NCBI GenBank assembly: GCA_016748015.1
Contig: JAAOMT010000591.1
Location: forward strand, 481,050 to 545,049
DNA from: Geosiphon pyriformis uo1
Lineage: Eukaryota; Fungi; Glomeromycota
Direction: 5' to 3'
Length of the DNA stretch: 64,000 bases
Part shown: piece by piece, positions 53,251-64,000 of the stretch
Numbering within the stretch: the stretch's first letter is position 1
Layout of the letters: the number at the start of each line of letters is the position of its first letter
Position numbers and translations under genes: made by a program
Notes under the pieces: model-generated
Databases searched by the model: none
Told to the model about the DNA's origin: nothing
The model's input: only the letters and a program-made list of their open reading frames with translations

Positions 53251-53938
53251 ATTAATATTTAGAAGTTTTTTATCAAATACAATATTTCTTTAAAGTATTA
53301 GTTTTAATAATAATAGCATTTAAATTATTTTATAAGCCAAATATAATTAAGACAAACCAAAAATAATAATCAAAATTAAGAAAAAAATGTTTTTAATATT
53401 GATTTTTTAAATATTGTAAATATTTTTAAATAACTTATTAAATATTAATTATTAACTTTGCAAATTTTAAATTAAGTATTTTAAAAATTTATTGTAGTTT
53501 TTTATAAATTAAAAATCTTTTTATTTAATAATTTTTGGTAAAAATTATAAGAATTTTTTTGAATTATTATTTAAATTTAATTAATAATATGTTTAATGTT
53601 TTTTATCTTTACAATAATATTTTAGTGTTAAATATTTTATTCTAACAATCAAATAACTTTGGATATATGTTTTTTGAAATTAGTTTTGACTTTGCCAAAC
53701 TTTTGTAATTATTGTTGAATTAAATAGCAACATATTTTAAATATTATTAGAAAAAAATCTGCATATTAATTAATACAAAATTAAAGAATATTTTGGCATT
53801 TTTTTATTTTATTTTATTTTATTTTACAAGTGAGATCCAAACGCAACCTAGTGCTATACATCATACAAATGATCTAAACTAGGTGTAAATCATGCACTTT
53901 CTACACATGACCAGCCACTCAGGCCAGTCAGGACTACA

Positions 53939-56900
53939 CTACACACCTATATGCACAGAAACTGGATCTCCAATACCTGAAAAAAATGGACAAAACTTAC
54001 GAAACCCGAAACCAACTCCAAAAGCCTCAGCCACTCCCAGCAATCTGACCACACCAGCCGAGAACACCATAGGCAAACCAGAAACTGAAGCAGGAGCGGA
54101 GCCATCACGTGGAATCAAACTGTGCTTTTCCATAAACACTTGGTGTCTGGCCCGGACTAACCAAACATCATCCCGAAATGCTAGACAAAACTCACGCACA
54201 AAGCTTACAATCTTCTTAGCACCCTCCTTAGAATTTTTAAAGACTGAGACAGATTCATGAAACCATTCATCGAAAACAAAGCCTTTACACAGAGCAACAC
54301 CAACTCCAACCTCAGAAACACAAGAAGCCAAGGCCTGTGAGACACATGAAGAAGAGTGAGACAGACCAGAAAGAGCCTCCCAAGCTGAAGCATGTGTGCC
54401 CAACAACTGAGCACGGCCAACGGCATCCTAAGAACACGAAAAGACATGATCCGAGGTCTCAACGTCACCACAAAACAGACAGACCACACTGGGGTATCTT
54501 CTATCATATAAATGCTTGCGCACAACAACAGGAAGCCAATGATGGAGAGCCTTCATAAAGTAAGTATGACAGCCTGCCATGCACATGCTGGTAAAACTGA
54601 ATGCCAAGTAAGAATCGGGGTGCCACACCATAAAAGACTTTGACCAATTGATATTAGCATGCAAACTATCATCCACAACACGAGAACCCACTCCAATCTC
54701 CCAACAAGCTCGATGAACTGACCGGAAAACATCATGAACAAAGTGTCTAGAATTACCAGAAACTGCTGTACCACCAGCACACAGAAAACGTTCACTGACT
54801 AAATAAGGTAGGCGCCAAGCAGAGAAAGCAGCACCTTTGGCAAGTGCATCAGCATGTTCGTTGCCTGAGACACCTGAATGACCTTTCACCTTAACCCAAT
54901 TCACATCCAAATTTTTTTGATGAATGACAGTGGCAATGTGACAACGCTCGATCCAACAGCAGTTCCTGAAATCCAGACAAACCAGCGAAGACTCTGACCT
55001 ACATGCATCCAACGCAGCCTGGCTATCCGAAAACAAGTCAATCGAACGAGAAAAAGGAACACACTCAAGGGCCAAAGCTATGGTCTGCAGTTCTGTCAGA
55101 GTAGAAGAAACCAAACCAGACACCCCAACACCCAAACCCAAGTTAATGTCCTCAAAAAAAATGGCAGCACCTGCTTTCATGTCAACAGTACCCAGACCAG
55201 AAAGAGATCCATCCGTATACACAGAAAGGTGGACAGCATCAATGGTCAGCAAAGTGTCACAAATCACACCAAAATCATGAGAAAGACGAATATCAGACAC
55301 AGCATGACCATTTACCAAAGAAGAACTTGAGGAAAGAGGCACAATGCTACCAAGAAAGCGAACGGAAAGATTAAACCAGAAAGGGACTGGGCCACGAAGG
55401 TCCAGCCTCTTCCAATGCTTGAAGGACACAGAAAGGTGGACAGCATCAATGGTCAGCAAAGTGTCACAAATCACACCAAAATCATGAGAAAGACGAATAT
55501 CAGACACAGCATGACCATTTACCAAAGAAGAACTTGAGGAAAGAGGCACAATGCTACCAAGAAAGCGAACGGAAAGATTAAACCAGAAAGGGACTGGGCC
55601 ACGAAGGTCCAGCCTCTTCCAATGCTTGAAGGTCCCCCAACTGAAAACATTACCATTATGGTCACGAAGCTGTTCCACAAAAGCAATTCCATAACACTTG
55701 AGCAAAGAGACGCACTTGAAAAAACAGGATTCACCAAGAACCAAAGACATAGGAGTACCACACCGACGATGAAAAGCACAAGCTAGAGGGCCTCCCAAAG
55801 ACAAATCACACCCAGAAAAAATGTGAACCACACCCACCAAAAAATTATCCAAGGAACTGATACCAACATGAGCCGGAAACAGCAAGGGATGACGAGGATG
55901 CCAGCTGAGAACCTGGAGGTCATGAGACCTATGAGAAAACAAGCGACCCAAGACACCAGTAGAATTTGCAAAAGCAACAACAGAGGCCGATTTACTTTCA
56001 GCCTGGATCTGTTCAAAAGTTTTTAAATTGTACAAAGAGGGGTGATGAAGTGCATCACTGGGGAAATCACATGGCAATTCAGACTTGGACTTTAAGACCT
56101 TGTGTACCAAAGCATCCCATTTACTACAAACACCAACAGAAACAAAACTGAATTGAGTCCTGTAGCAGATGATAGGAAAGAGAACTGCAGACACCAAATA
56201 TGCACACTGTTTGTCCGAAATCGCCTTTCTCAAAACAAGATTCACAAAAAACCGTACATCAGCCTGAGCTTTAGCCAAGCTAGGCTTCGAAAGACCCTCA
56301 GAAGACAAAAAAATACCCAAATAGTGATGAGATTCCCCTCTCTTGGCAATGAAAATAGGCACACTACTGATAGTTAAATAAAGATCCAGCACCCAGCAAT
56401 TGATGGGGATGGCCACTGTTTTGTCATTGTTCACAGAAATATTATTAAACCTAAAAAACTCACTAGCAACATCAAGGATGCGTTGTGTAACAGCCTGACT
56501 GCTACCAACCCAAATAGTATCATCGACAAAAGCACCGGCAGCAAGAAATAAAGACAGCCCAGCTTGAGGATCCACCCGGCCAGTTCTTGATATGAAATGA
56601 GAATTCAACCTGTAGCCATACATACTATTCTGTCTCTTGACCTCGCACAAAAGTGAATCATAAAAAATACACCAGAGAAGCAGCGAGAAGACTTCTCCCT
56701 AATTCAGCTCATCGTGGACACAATACCTATCAGTCAAGCCAAAGTCAGTTATCACTCTGTTGACGCGACCATTGTGAATACTGCCAAAAAATCTAATAAA
56801 TCTGTCACACATTTTGATCCTGACTAGACTCCTCCTAAGATGTTCCCAACCCACCGAGTCATAAGCCTTGCACATGTCCTGTAAAACCAGCCAAAGTTCA

Positions 56901-58834
56901 TGGTTCTTCTCCAAGGCATCCTCAACCACAAAACCGATAGCAAAAATGGGAGATTGTGTCGTCGTACCTTTCAAAACCGAAAAATTGTCCCCATGAAGAA
57001 CATCAAAAGTGCTGCAAGCCAGAGAGATCCTATCTGAAAGGATCTTGGAGAGAATCTTGCAGGCCATTTCAATTAAAGCTATAGGATGGGTGTTCGTGAG
57101 AACTCCCTCCCATTCATATAGTTTAGGAATCATTGAAACCCAGGCTTCTCTCCAAGGCCCAGGGACCAACTTGCCAACCAAACAGAAATTCAAGAGCACC
57201 AAAAGCATATCCAAAACAGATTTGTCACAATGTTTCCATAATTCATTGGAGATACCAGAAAGACCAGCCGCTTTTCCATCAGGAAGATCCTCAACAACAG
57301 CTGACAACTCATCAAAACTAATCAAACACATGACATTAGAGAAAGCACCATTGAACACATAATCCAGAGGCTGATATTGATGAGCCCAATCCTCAGATAA
57401 GTCAGATACCACCTCACATTTTCTGGTCCATCCCTCCATAATTTCATCCACCTTAGACTTAACCAAATCAGCCTTCAAAATCAACTCATCATCCACAACC
57501 AGATGATCCAGGACCACCTTGCGAAACGGACACTCCAAGACACTCCTAATGGTGTGACCCTTGTTCAGCTCAAAACTCTCCATTCTCCTATTAATAGCCT
57601 GCTTGATAGAGGATTCCTCAGTGCGCTTAGATTCCGATAATTTAAAAGAGCGGTATGATTTTCTTGCTTTGGCCAGCACAGAACAAATAAGATCAAAATT
57701 AGAACCTGAAAGAAACAAAAACTTAACTACCGATGCACCAGGGGAGTCAAGTCTGTGCCACACCTCCAACAAAGAAGCAAAACCATCACTAGAAGCCAAA
57801 TGCAAAGTCTTGACCAACTTAGAAACCAGCAGCTCCAGCTTGTGAAACCTAGAAGAAGTCTTGGTAAACATGCCATCAAAACCTTTGAACCATTTTTTCT
57901 TAAATGTACCACCTACTAAAAGAACCAAAATCCTACGAACAATGTTCCACATAGCGTCCACATCTGAAAATCTTACTGTCACACCAAAAGCATCCGAGAA
58001 CATGGAGATATTAACAGCTGAGACATTCCTGAACTCCAACCACTTAGCTTTATTGGCACTTTTGATGTCAAACTTCCAACAGTTTTTATTCGCTTGCTTG
58101 CGAAGAGAATTCAAACGCGTATCCAAGAGCCCACCCAAACCCAAATCCACTGAAACAGCTTGATGGTCCATGTCAAAATGCTCACTGACATTCAAAACTT
58201 CACGATGCACTATCACATTGACAAGACTTAAGGAGACAAACACATAATCAATTGTTTTCTTAACACCCCTAGAATTTTCTCAAGTGGGTATTTTTGCAGC
58301 CGGGCTACCAACTAAAGAATTGACCAGACCCAAATCAAAGCATCTTTTGAAACTTGCACTTTTATAAGAGCCGTCTTCATTAAAATTGCCACCGAGAATG
58401 ATGAAAAAAGATTCATTGACAGCCTTTGCAATAAGAAAATTGATTTCACCAGCCTGAGAGAACCGAACCACCAAAGAAACACCAGCATAAAGCCCCAAAA
58501 TTGACACAGAAAGTTTATCCTTGAAAAGTAATTTAATGGAAAGGAGCTGACCAGGCACCTCAGAAACCTTGCACACATGACAAGCCAAAGAAACATCCAT
58601 GATAACAGCAACACCCACACCCAAGTGACCAGAGTCCAAACCAGAAGTGAACACTCGGACACCATCGAACTTGTCTGCAATCCACGGATGAACCCTACTT
58701 CTTAATTTTGTTTCAGTAACAATAGTGACCAAATTGTTTATTTCCTTATGCCACCTAATAATGTCCTCTTGCTTAGTGGGATTGTTCATGTCTCTGACGT
58801 TGCACGTAGCAACTTTCCAGACTAAACTGCTCAT
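53939..58834 (-). pseudogene. L-B ORF2 (APE, RT, RNase H, CCHC) with three nonsense stops and a 207-bp in-frame duplication
   Basis: ORFs 58280-58834, 56699-58243, 54428-56650 and 53939-54406 are in one frame; KVKGHSGVSGNEHADALAK. Confidence 0.93.
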
Positions 58835-60666
58835 TGGGTGAGGGGTAGAGAAACCGAAAGCGCACCTATACTATCCACTTTAGCCGAAAGGCCCAGAACT
58901 GTCTCCATTAGACACTTTATGCTGTCTTCCAGCTTAGACACCGAAGACATATCAAAAGACACCGCTCCCGCGACATTCCCACCACTAGTGGACACATTTG
59001 AACCCTCACTCATCACTACATCTGCCCCTTGATCCTGTAATGAAGGGGTCACCAACAGCTGACATCCAGGGCTAGGCTGAGGAACCGTTGGCCCGAGTGC
59101 ATCCAACCTCTTAGCCAGCTTACCAACTTGCTCTGCGAGGCTGGCGAGACTGCACTCAAGAGCGGCGAACCTATCGTTGACTTCCATCGCAATCTGTTGG
59201 GACGGCTTCATCTCCGAAGAGGAGCCATTATTCATCACAATGTTCTGACCAGAGAGGGGGGATGAAAAACACCCACGAGCAACCTTTGCCCAAGAAAGAC
59301 CACCAAAAGAGACTGGACGGGCAACTGGAGCCAAGCGTTTGGCATAGATGATTGCTAGCCTGCTTTTATCCATATTCGAGAAAACCCTATGCAGCAAACT
59401 ACCAGAAGAAAATTTCCCACCAACTGCACAATCCAATGACGTGTGACCCAATTTCTCACACTTGGCGCATTTAGCAGAAATGAGGCAAGACCAGTGGAGA
59501 TTGGTGTTCCTGAGTACTGGTGTGGTTCCCACAGCAGCATCCAATGATTCAGCAGAGTCGAAACAAACAACAGCACACCTGGCCCAAGCATATGTAACAG
59601 AATGACGATCAATGATGCACGTTTTTCCACCCACAGATCTAATAAAGTCCCAGATATTATGAGCAGTGGTCCCCATTGGCAATGTGTAGAGCAGCGCCCT
59701 ATGTTGGTCCCTTACATCCCACACTTCCTTGTCTAAATCAGCCCTAGCCACACGTACAGCATCTTTCCCGATTAAGATGGACCACTCAGCTGTGGCCAAA
59801 TCAGCTTGATCCAATCATTCGAATTCCACCATCGTCTTCTGCCACAGCCCGATTAACTGCATCTTGATTGCCTTAATAACTCCAAACTCGGATAGCGCAG
59901 CGCACACAGTCTCAGCCAATGTCCCAACTGGAATTTCTTTCACGACCACAGCCCAATCTAATCATTCAGATGATCTCTTAAGATCGGTGTTTACCAAGAT
60001 ATTCGCACCAGTAGCCTTTTCAGTGGTCTTCATTAGACCCGATTTGGAAGTGAATGTCACTCTGATGATCCTTGAGAATTTTGAGGGGGTAGATGCCTCC
60101 CCAAAACCATTGATTCCTGAAAATAAACTTCTGATCTTTTTGAGCTTTTCCTGGGCCAAATTTCCTTCTACTGCTTTCAGATCCAAATCCAAAGCAAACA
60201 ACTTTTTAACAGAAACATTGACCAGGTTCTTAAGAGGAGGGAGAAGCACCAGAGAGACATTCAGAAGAACATCATCATCATCATTGCCATCCAGGAAGTT
60301 GATCTTTCCCAAAGGCTTTCCCAATGCTTTCCTAGTTGTCACCTGCGAACCTTTTGGCGTTTGATCCAAATCTCCATCAACAAGCGCACCACCTTCACCA
60401 TAATTGAAACTTGTTTCCTCTACAAGACACTCCTCTTCCATATCAACACTGTCAGATTCTGTGGTATCACCAGTCTCCAAACTCCATGAATGACCACTTT
60501 GCACCTTAGCAGAACCCTCTTTAGCACCAGCATTGTCTTTAAGAACACTGCCTCTTCTCTTTTTTCTTGACAGAACAGCCTTGAAACCACTTACAGAGCC
60601 AGAACTTTCAACCGTCTTTTTCATGACAGCAATACTAGGACCAACAATGGCCTCGTAATCAAGCAA
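58831..60666 (-). pseudogene. L-B ORF1 (RRM-like, zinc knuckle CAKCEKLGHTSLDC, coiled coil) with nonsense stops
   Basis: ORFs 59962-60666 and 58831-59814 are in one frame; true start uncertain. Confidence 0.85.
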
Positions 60667-61991
60667 AAACAGTTTGGATTTATCGTACTGAATGGTAAAA
60701 AACTTCTTTCAAAAAACTTTTAACTCTTTTTTGGGATTTGTGAAGAAACGAGAGAAAGAAGTTTATTTTTTGGCATTTTGAACAATAAAAAAGCTAATCT
60801 TTTGGTTAATGTTATCTTTTTTTTGGACACAATGTTTTTAGTTTATATTTGAAAAAAGTTTATTAAAACTAATAATTAGTTGTATTAGAAAATACAAGAC
60901 ATTTTATTTATAAGATTTTTTAAGTAATATATTATGTTTATTAAAAAGTCAAATCAAATGTTAAAATTTTGGATATTGGTTTAATTAAAAATATTAACTG
61001 AATTTGATTATTACTAATTTAGTATTTTAATTCTAATATAATAGCTGGTTTTACAAGTAAAATCATAATTAGTACATATTTTTATTTTATAAAGGTCTTG
61101 TATTATTAGCTGCTTATAACTATTTACAAACATTTATATAATAAATATTAATATAATATATTGTGTTTTTATTATAATAAAATTGAATTTTTAGACCATT
61201 TTTTTTGTGTAAAATAAATATCAAAGCATATAAAAGCTTACTTAATTTATATGTAGTTATTTAAAAAACTATGTATAATTTATACAAATTGTTATTATAT
61301 GTATTTTAACTACTTTTTTTATATATATTACTTTGTGTAAAAATTTTATTTTTAAAAACTGGTTTTGTAAATTTCTATTTGTTTTTAAAAATGCTAAGAT
61401 TATTAGCAGTAAGATTGTAGATTTTGTGTATAATTTAAGATTGACATATAAATTAGATATTTGGTTTTACTTATTAAATATAAAAAAATAAATATATTTT
61501 AAATTATGTAATTTTTTTAAAAATTAAAAATTGTTTTTGTTAAGCAATTATAATTTATATTTAATTAGTTTATTTATATGTTTAATTTTATTTTAAAAAG
61601 TAGTTTTATTAATAAACAAAAGTTTATATTTAATACTTAAGATTTTAATATTTATTAATAACTTAATTAAAAATTAATTATTAAATTTTTAATGATTATT
61701 TTTATTATTATTAAAAGTTTTTTTGTTTTATTAATAATAATTATATTGTAAAAAGTTTATTTTTAAAATATTTTTGTATTTTTTTTATTTTTAAAAAAAT
61801 ATCAAATCAATAAGTTTTTAAACTTAGTAATAAATTTAATAAAATATGTATTTATTATAAAAAAAATAAAAAATTTTGTTATATTAATACCAAGCATTAA
61901 AAACAATATTATAATAATTATTTGGATTTTTTATTGGATTTTTTATTAAATATTTACCACAAAAAAAAATTTTTTTTTGTATATAATTATA

Positions 61992-62020
61992 CAAACCAAA
62001 CCAAACCAAACCAAACCAAA
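61992..62020 (+). repeat. (CAAAC)n microsatellite
   Basis: About 5.8 perfect units. Confidence 0.9.
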
Positions 62021-62959
62021 TTTTTATTTTATTTTTACAGTTATTAACAGTTTTTAAGACTTTGTTTTTTATTTGTAAACTTAAATTAATAATATATAAT
62101 TTTATATATATAATTTAATTTAAACCATAATTATATTTATAAAGTTAAAGCAAATATTAAAGTTTTTTTAAATTTAATAGATTAATTAATATTGTTTTTA
62201 TTGTTTTTTGTTATTTTGTGTTTTTTACTACCAATAATTTTGGCAACTTAAACAATATTTTTTAATTAAAAATGTTTATTAATTGGCTGCAAAATTAATT
62301 TGATTAGATTTAACATATTTGATTATTATTTTTGTTATAACTTAATTAATTATATTTTACATATTTTAAATTTTTCAAATTTAAATACAATTATTTTAAT
62401 TGTAATTTTTAAAATACCTAAATTACAATAACATATTGTATTATATAAGCTTTTAATATTTTTTATTTATTAAAAAAAAATTGAAAATATAGCTGTAAAT
62501 ATTAATTTTTTTTTCACAAATTAATTAAAATTTATTTGATTGAATTATTTATGCTAATTATTATAAAAAATTTGAACCATTTAATTTGTATACAAATCTT
62601 TTCATATCACACCATCTTATTTATAATAATTAAAATTTATTTAATAAAAATTTTATTACATTTACAATTTTTTGTATTAAAACTATATTTTGTTGCTAAA
62701 TTTAAAAATCGTTGTTTCATGAATAATTGAAATTTTACCTTAAAACAAAATATCATATCCATTGCATGCAATATAATTTTCTGTTGCAGCAATTCGGCTC
62801 CTTGGGAATGATCTACACGCAATCCATTCAATTTTTTGATTTTACATAATAAGCATGATCTACTTCGTTAATTGTCGTTACCCGGCGCTTTCTCCGGTTA
62901 AAATAGTTTCCACGACGAGAGGACTATCAAAAGGGGAACCTTACTTTCGTTTAAGTTTG

Positions 62960-63089
62960 ATGAGCGGAACAATAAACGGGTTAGGTGTCAACTTAACGGA
63001 GGCCAAGGCAATAGTCTCTGTTAGCAGTGGGGTAGTTGAAAGTGAAAATTCACCTGCTTTCATTCCCAGGGAAGAAGAGTCGCCTCAGG
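62960..63089 (+). CDS. Probable first coding exon of AKR1; its link to the next exon is unresolved
   Basis: ATG at 62960 in a GC/CpG-rich ORF and a GTAGGT donor at 63090. The phase does not match the acceptor at 63370 unless a small exon (about 63272-63333) lies between. Confidence 0.45.
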
Positions 63090-63370
63090 GTAGGTCTATC
63101 GACGAAAAGAAGTTTTCAGGATTTACTTTTACTTATTTCCTTTAAAAAGCCACTCAAAGTTTCTTTCGAAATAAATTAAATCCACTTGGAAGCTGAGCCC
63201 TTGCATTTTAATTGTGCAAAATAAGACGAAAACTAGTTAAATCTGAGCGGTTTTATCGTCTATTTTGTAAGATAAAATATCGCGTTCCTCCCATTGGTTC
63301 CAGGGAGGAATAAAAGCTATATTCTATGTTTTGGTGACTATAAAAACATATATAATCAGCTAATTCATAG

Positions 63371-64000
63371 CTATCAAATCCCATAGCAATTACCCTTTAT
63401 CAAGCCGCACAACAAGGAAATCTACACGTTATTAAACATCTGATCGAAAGCGGTCAGGCGAAAGCTACTGATCGAGATGCTCAGGATGTTACTGCTTTGC
63501 ATTGGGCTGCAATTAATAATCACGTCTTGGTAGCTAAATATCTGATCGATCATGGTGCCGAAGTGGACGCGCTGGGTGGAGACCTAGTTGCAACACCTTT
63601 GCATTGGGCTTCAAGGTTTGTTGTTCAACTATAGAATTCTTCAGGACTTCAGTTTTTTAATCTAAGATATTACGCTAACATTATAATCTTTGCTATCTGA
63701 AATCAAAATATTCAAGAAATGGCCATCTCCCTATGTTGACTCTTTTAATCAATCACGGCGCCAATCCAAATATCCAAGATTCCCAAGGCTTTAATGGCCT
63801 CCATCTCGCAACACATTCTTCCAACACTCTCCTTGTGTTGTATCTACTATATCAAGATATGGACATTGATGCTCCAGATGCTCTTCAACATACGGCTTTG
63901 ATGTGGGCAGCATATCAGGGTGATGCATCGACTGTAGATTTGTTAATTCGTTTTGGAGCATCTTTGGAGAAACGAGACAGTGCACAGTTCACCCCATTAC
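63371..64000 (+). CDS. AKR1: Ankyrin-repeat palmitoyltransferase Akr1 (exons 63371-63615 and 63717->64000; intron 63616-63716); continues beyond the window
   Basis: [11 protein letters not shown]...[21 protein letters not shown]|NGH...[15 protein letters not shown]...[12 protein letters not shown] is typical of Akr1/ZDHHC17 ankyrin repeats; GT...GCTAAC...AG intron. The DHHC domain is not in the window. Confidence 0.85.

Larger units (their letters stand above)
53803..60767 (-). mobile_element. Full-length, youngest L1-like LINE with RNase H (L-B), TSD TTTTGGCATTTT
   Basis: TSD at 53791-53802 and 60768-60779; (TAAAA)n tail; many CpGs retained. Confidence 0.95.
53640..61480 (+). mobile_element. 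Decayed LINE RNase H/C-terminal fragment (about 53640-53802 plus 60768-61480), host of L-B
   Basis: Joined flanks read KIKEYFGILNNKKANLL, a decayed KVKGHSG..GNE.AD; similar to 27350-28990. Confidence 0.7.

Noticed and set aside
29285-60364. Numerous plus-strand ORFs of 60-170 aa over L-A, B2 and L-B
   Set aside because: Antisense shadows of TE coding frames with no independent motifs.
63791-63985. Minus-strand 64-aa ORF
   Set aside because: Antisense to the AKR1 ankyrin exon.

Overview
Eukaryotic, very AT-rich window, most likely from a Glomeromycotina (arbuscular-mycorrhizal-type) fungus. The repeat proteins resemble those I recall from Geosiphon pyriformis, but that is recognition only and not verified. 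About 62 kb is a multiply nested transposon graveyard. It holds Ty3/Gypsy LTR retrotransposons of at least five LTR families (called A-E here, with 4-bp TSDs where both flanks are visible), RNase H-containing L1-like non-LTR elements (two near full length with TSDs, several decayed), and one young non-autonomous Tc1/mariner element. It ends in a CpG-rich host gene, the 5' part of the ankyrin-repeat palmitoyltransferase AKR1. The most interesting points are five. (1) Three Gypsy families carry an apparently homologous, non-env extra ORF (ORF3) after integrase, and four LTR families each carry their own tandem array of short, mostly palindromic motifs; this is a candidate family-specific transactivator or anti-silencing system. 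(2) Family A encodes a dUTPase and a Cys-rich insert inside pol. (3) Integrase is a separate ORF in families A and B. (4) Copies are killed mostly by C>T/G>A nonsense changes, including non-CpG contexts, with few frameshifts (RIP-like). (5) The LINEs show AUGA stop/start coupling, ORF1 module shuffling and a conserved structured 3' tail. All coordinates were read by eye.
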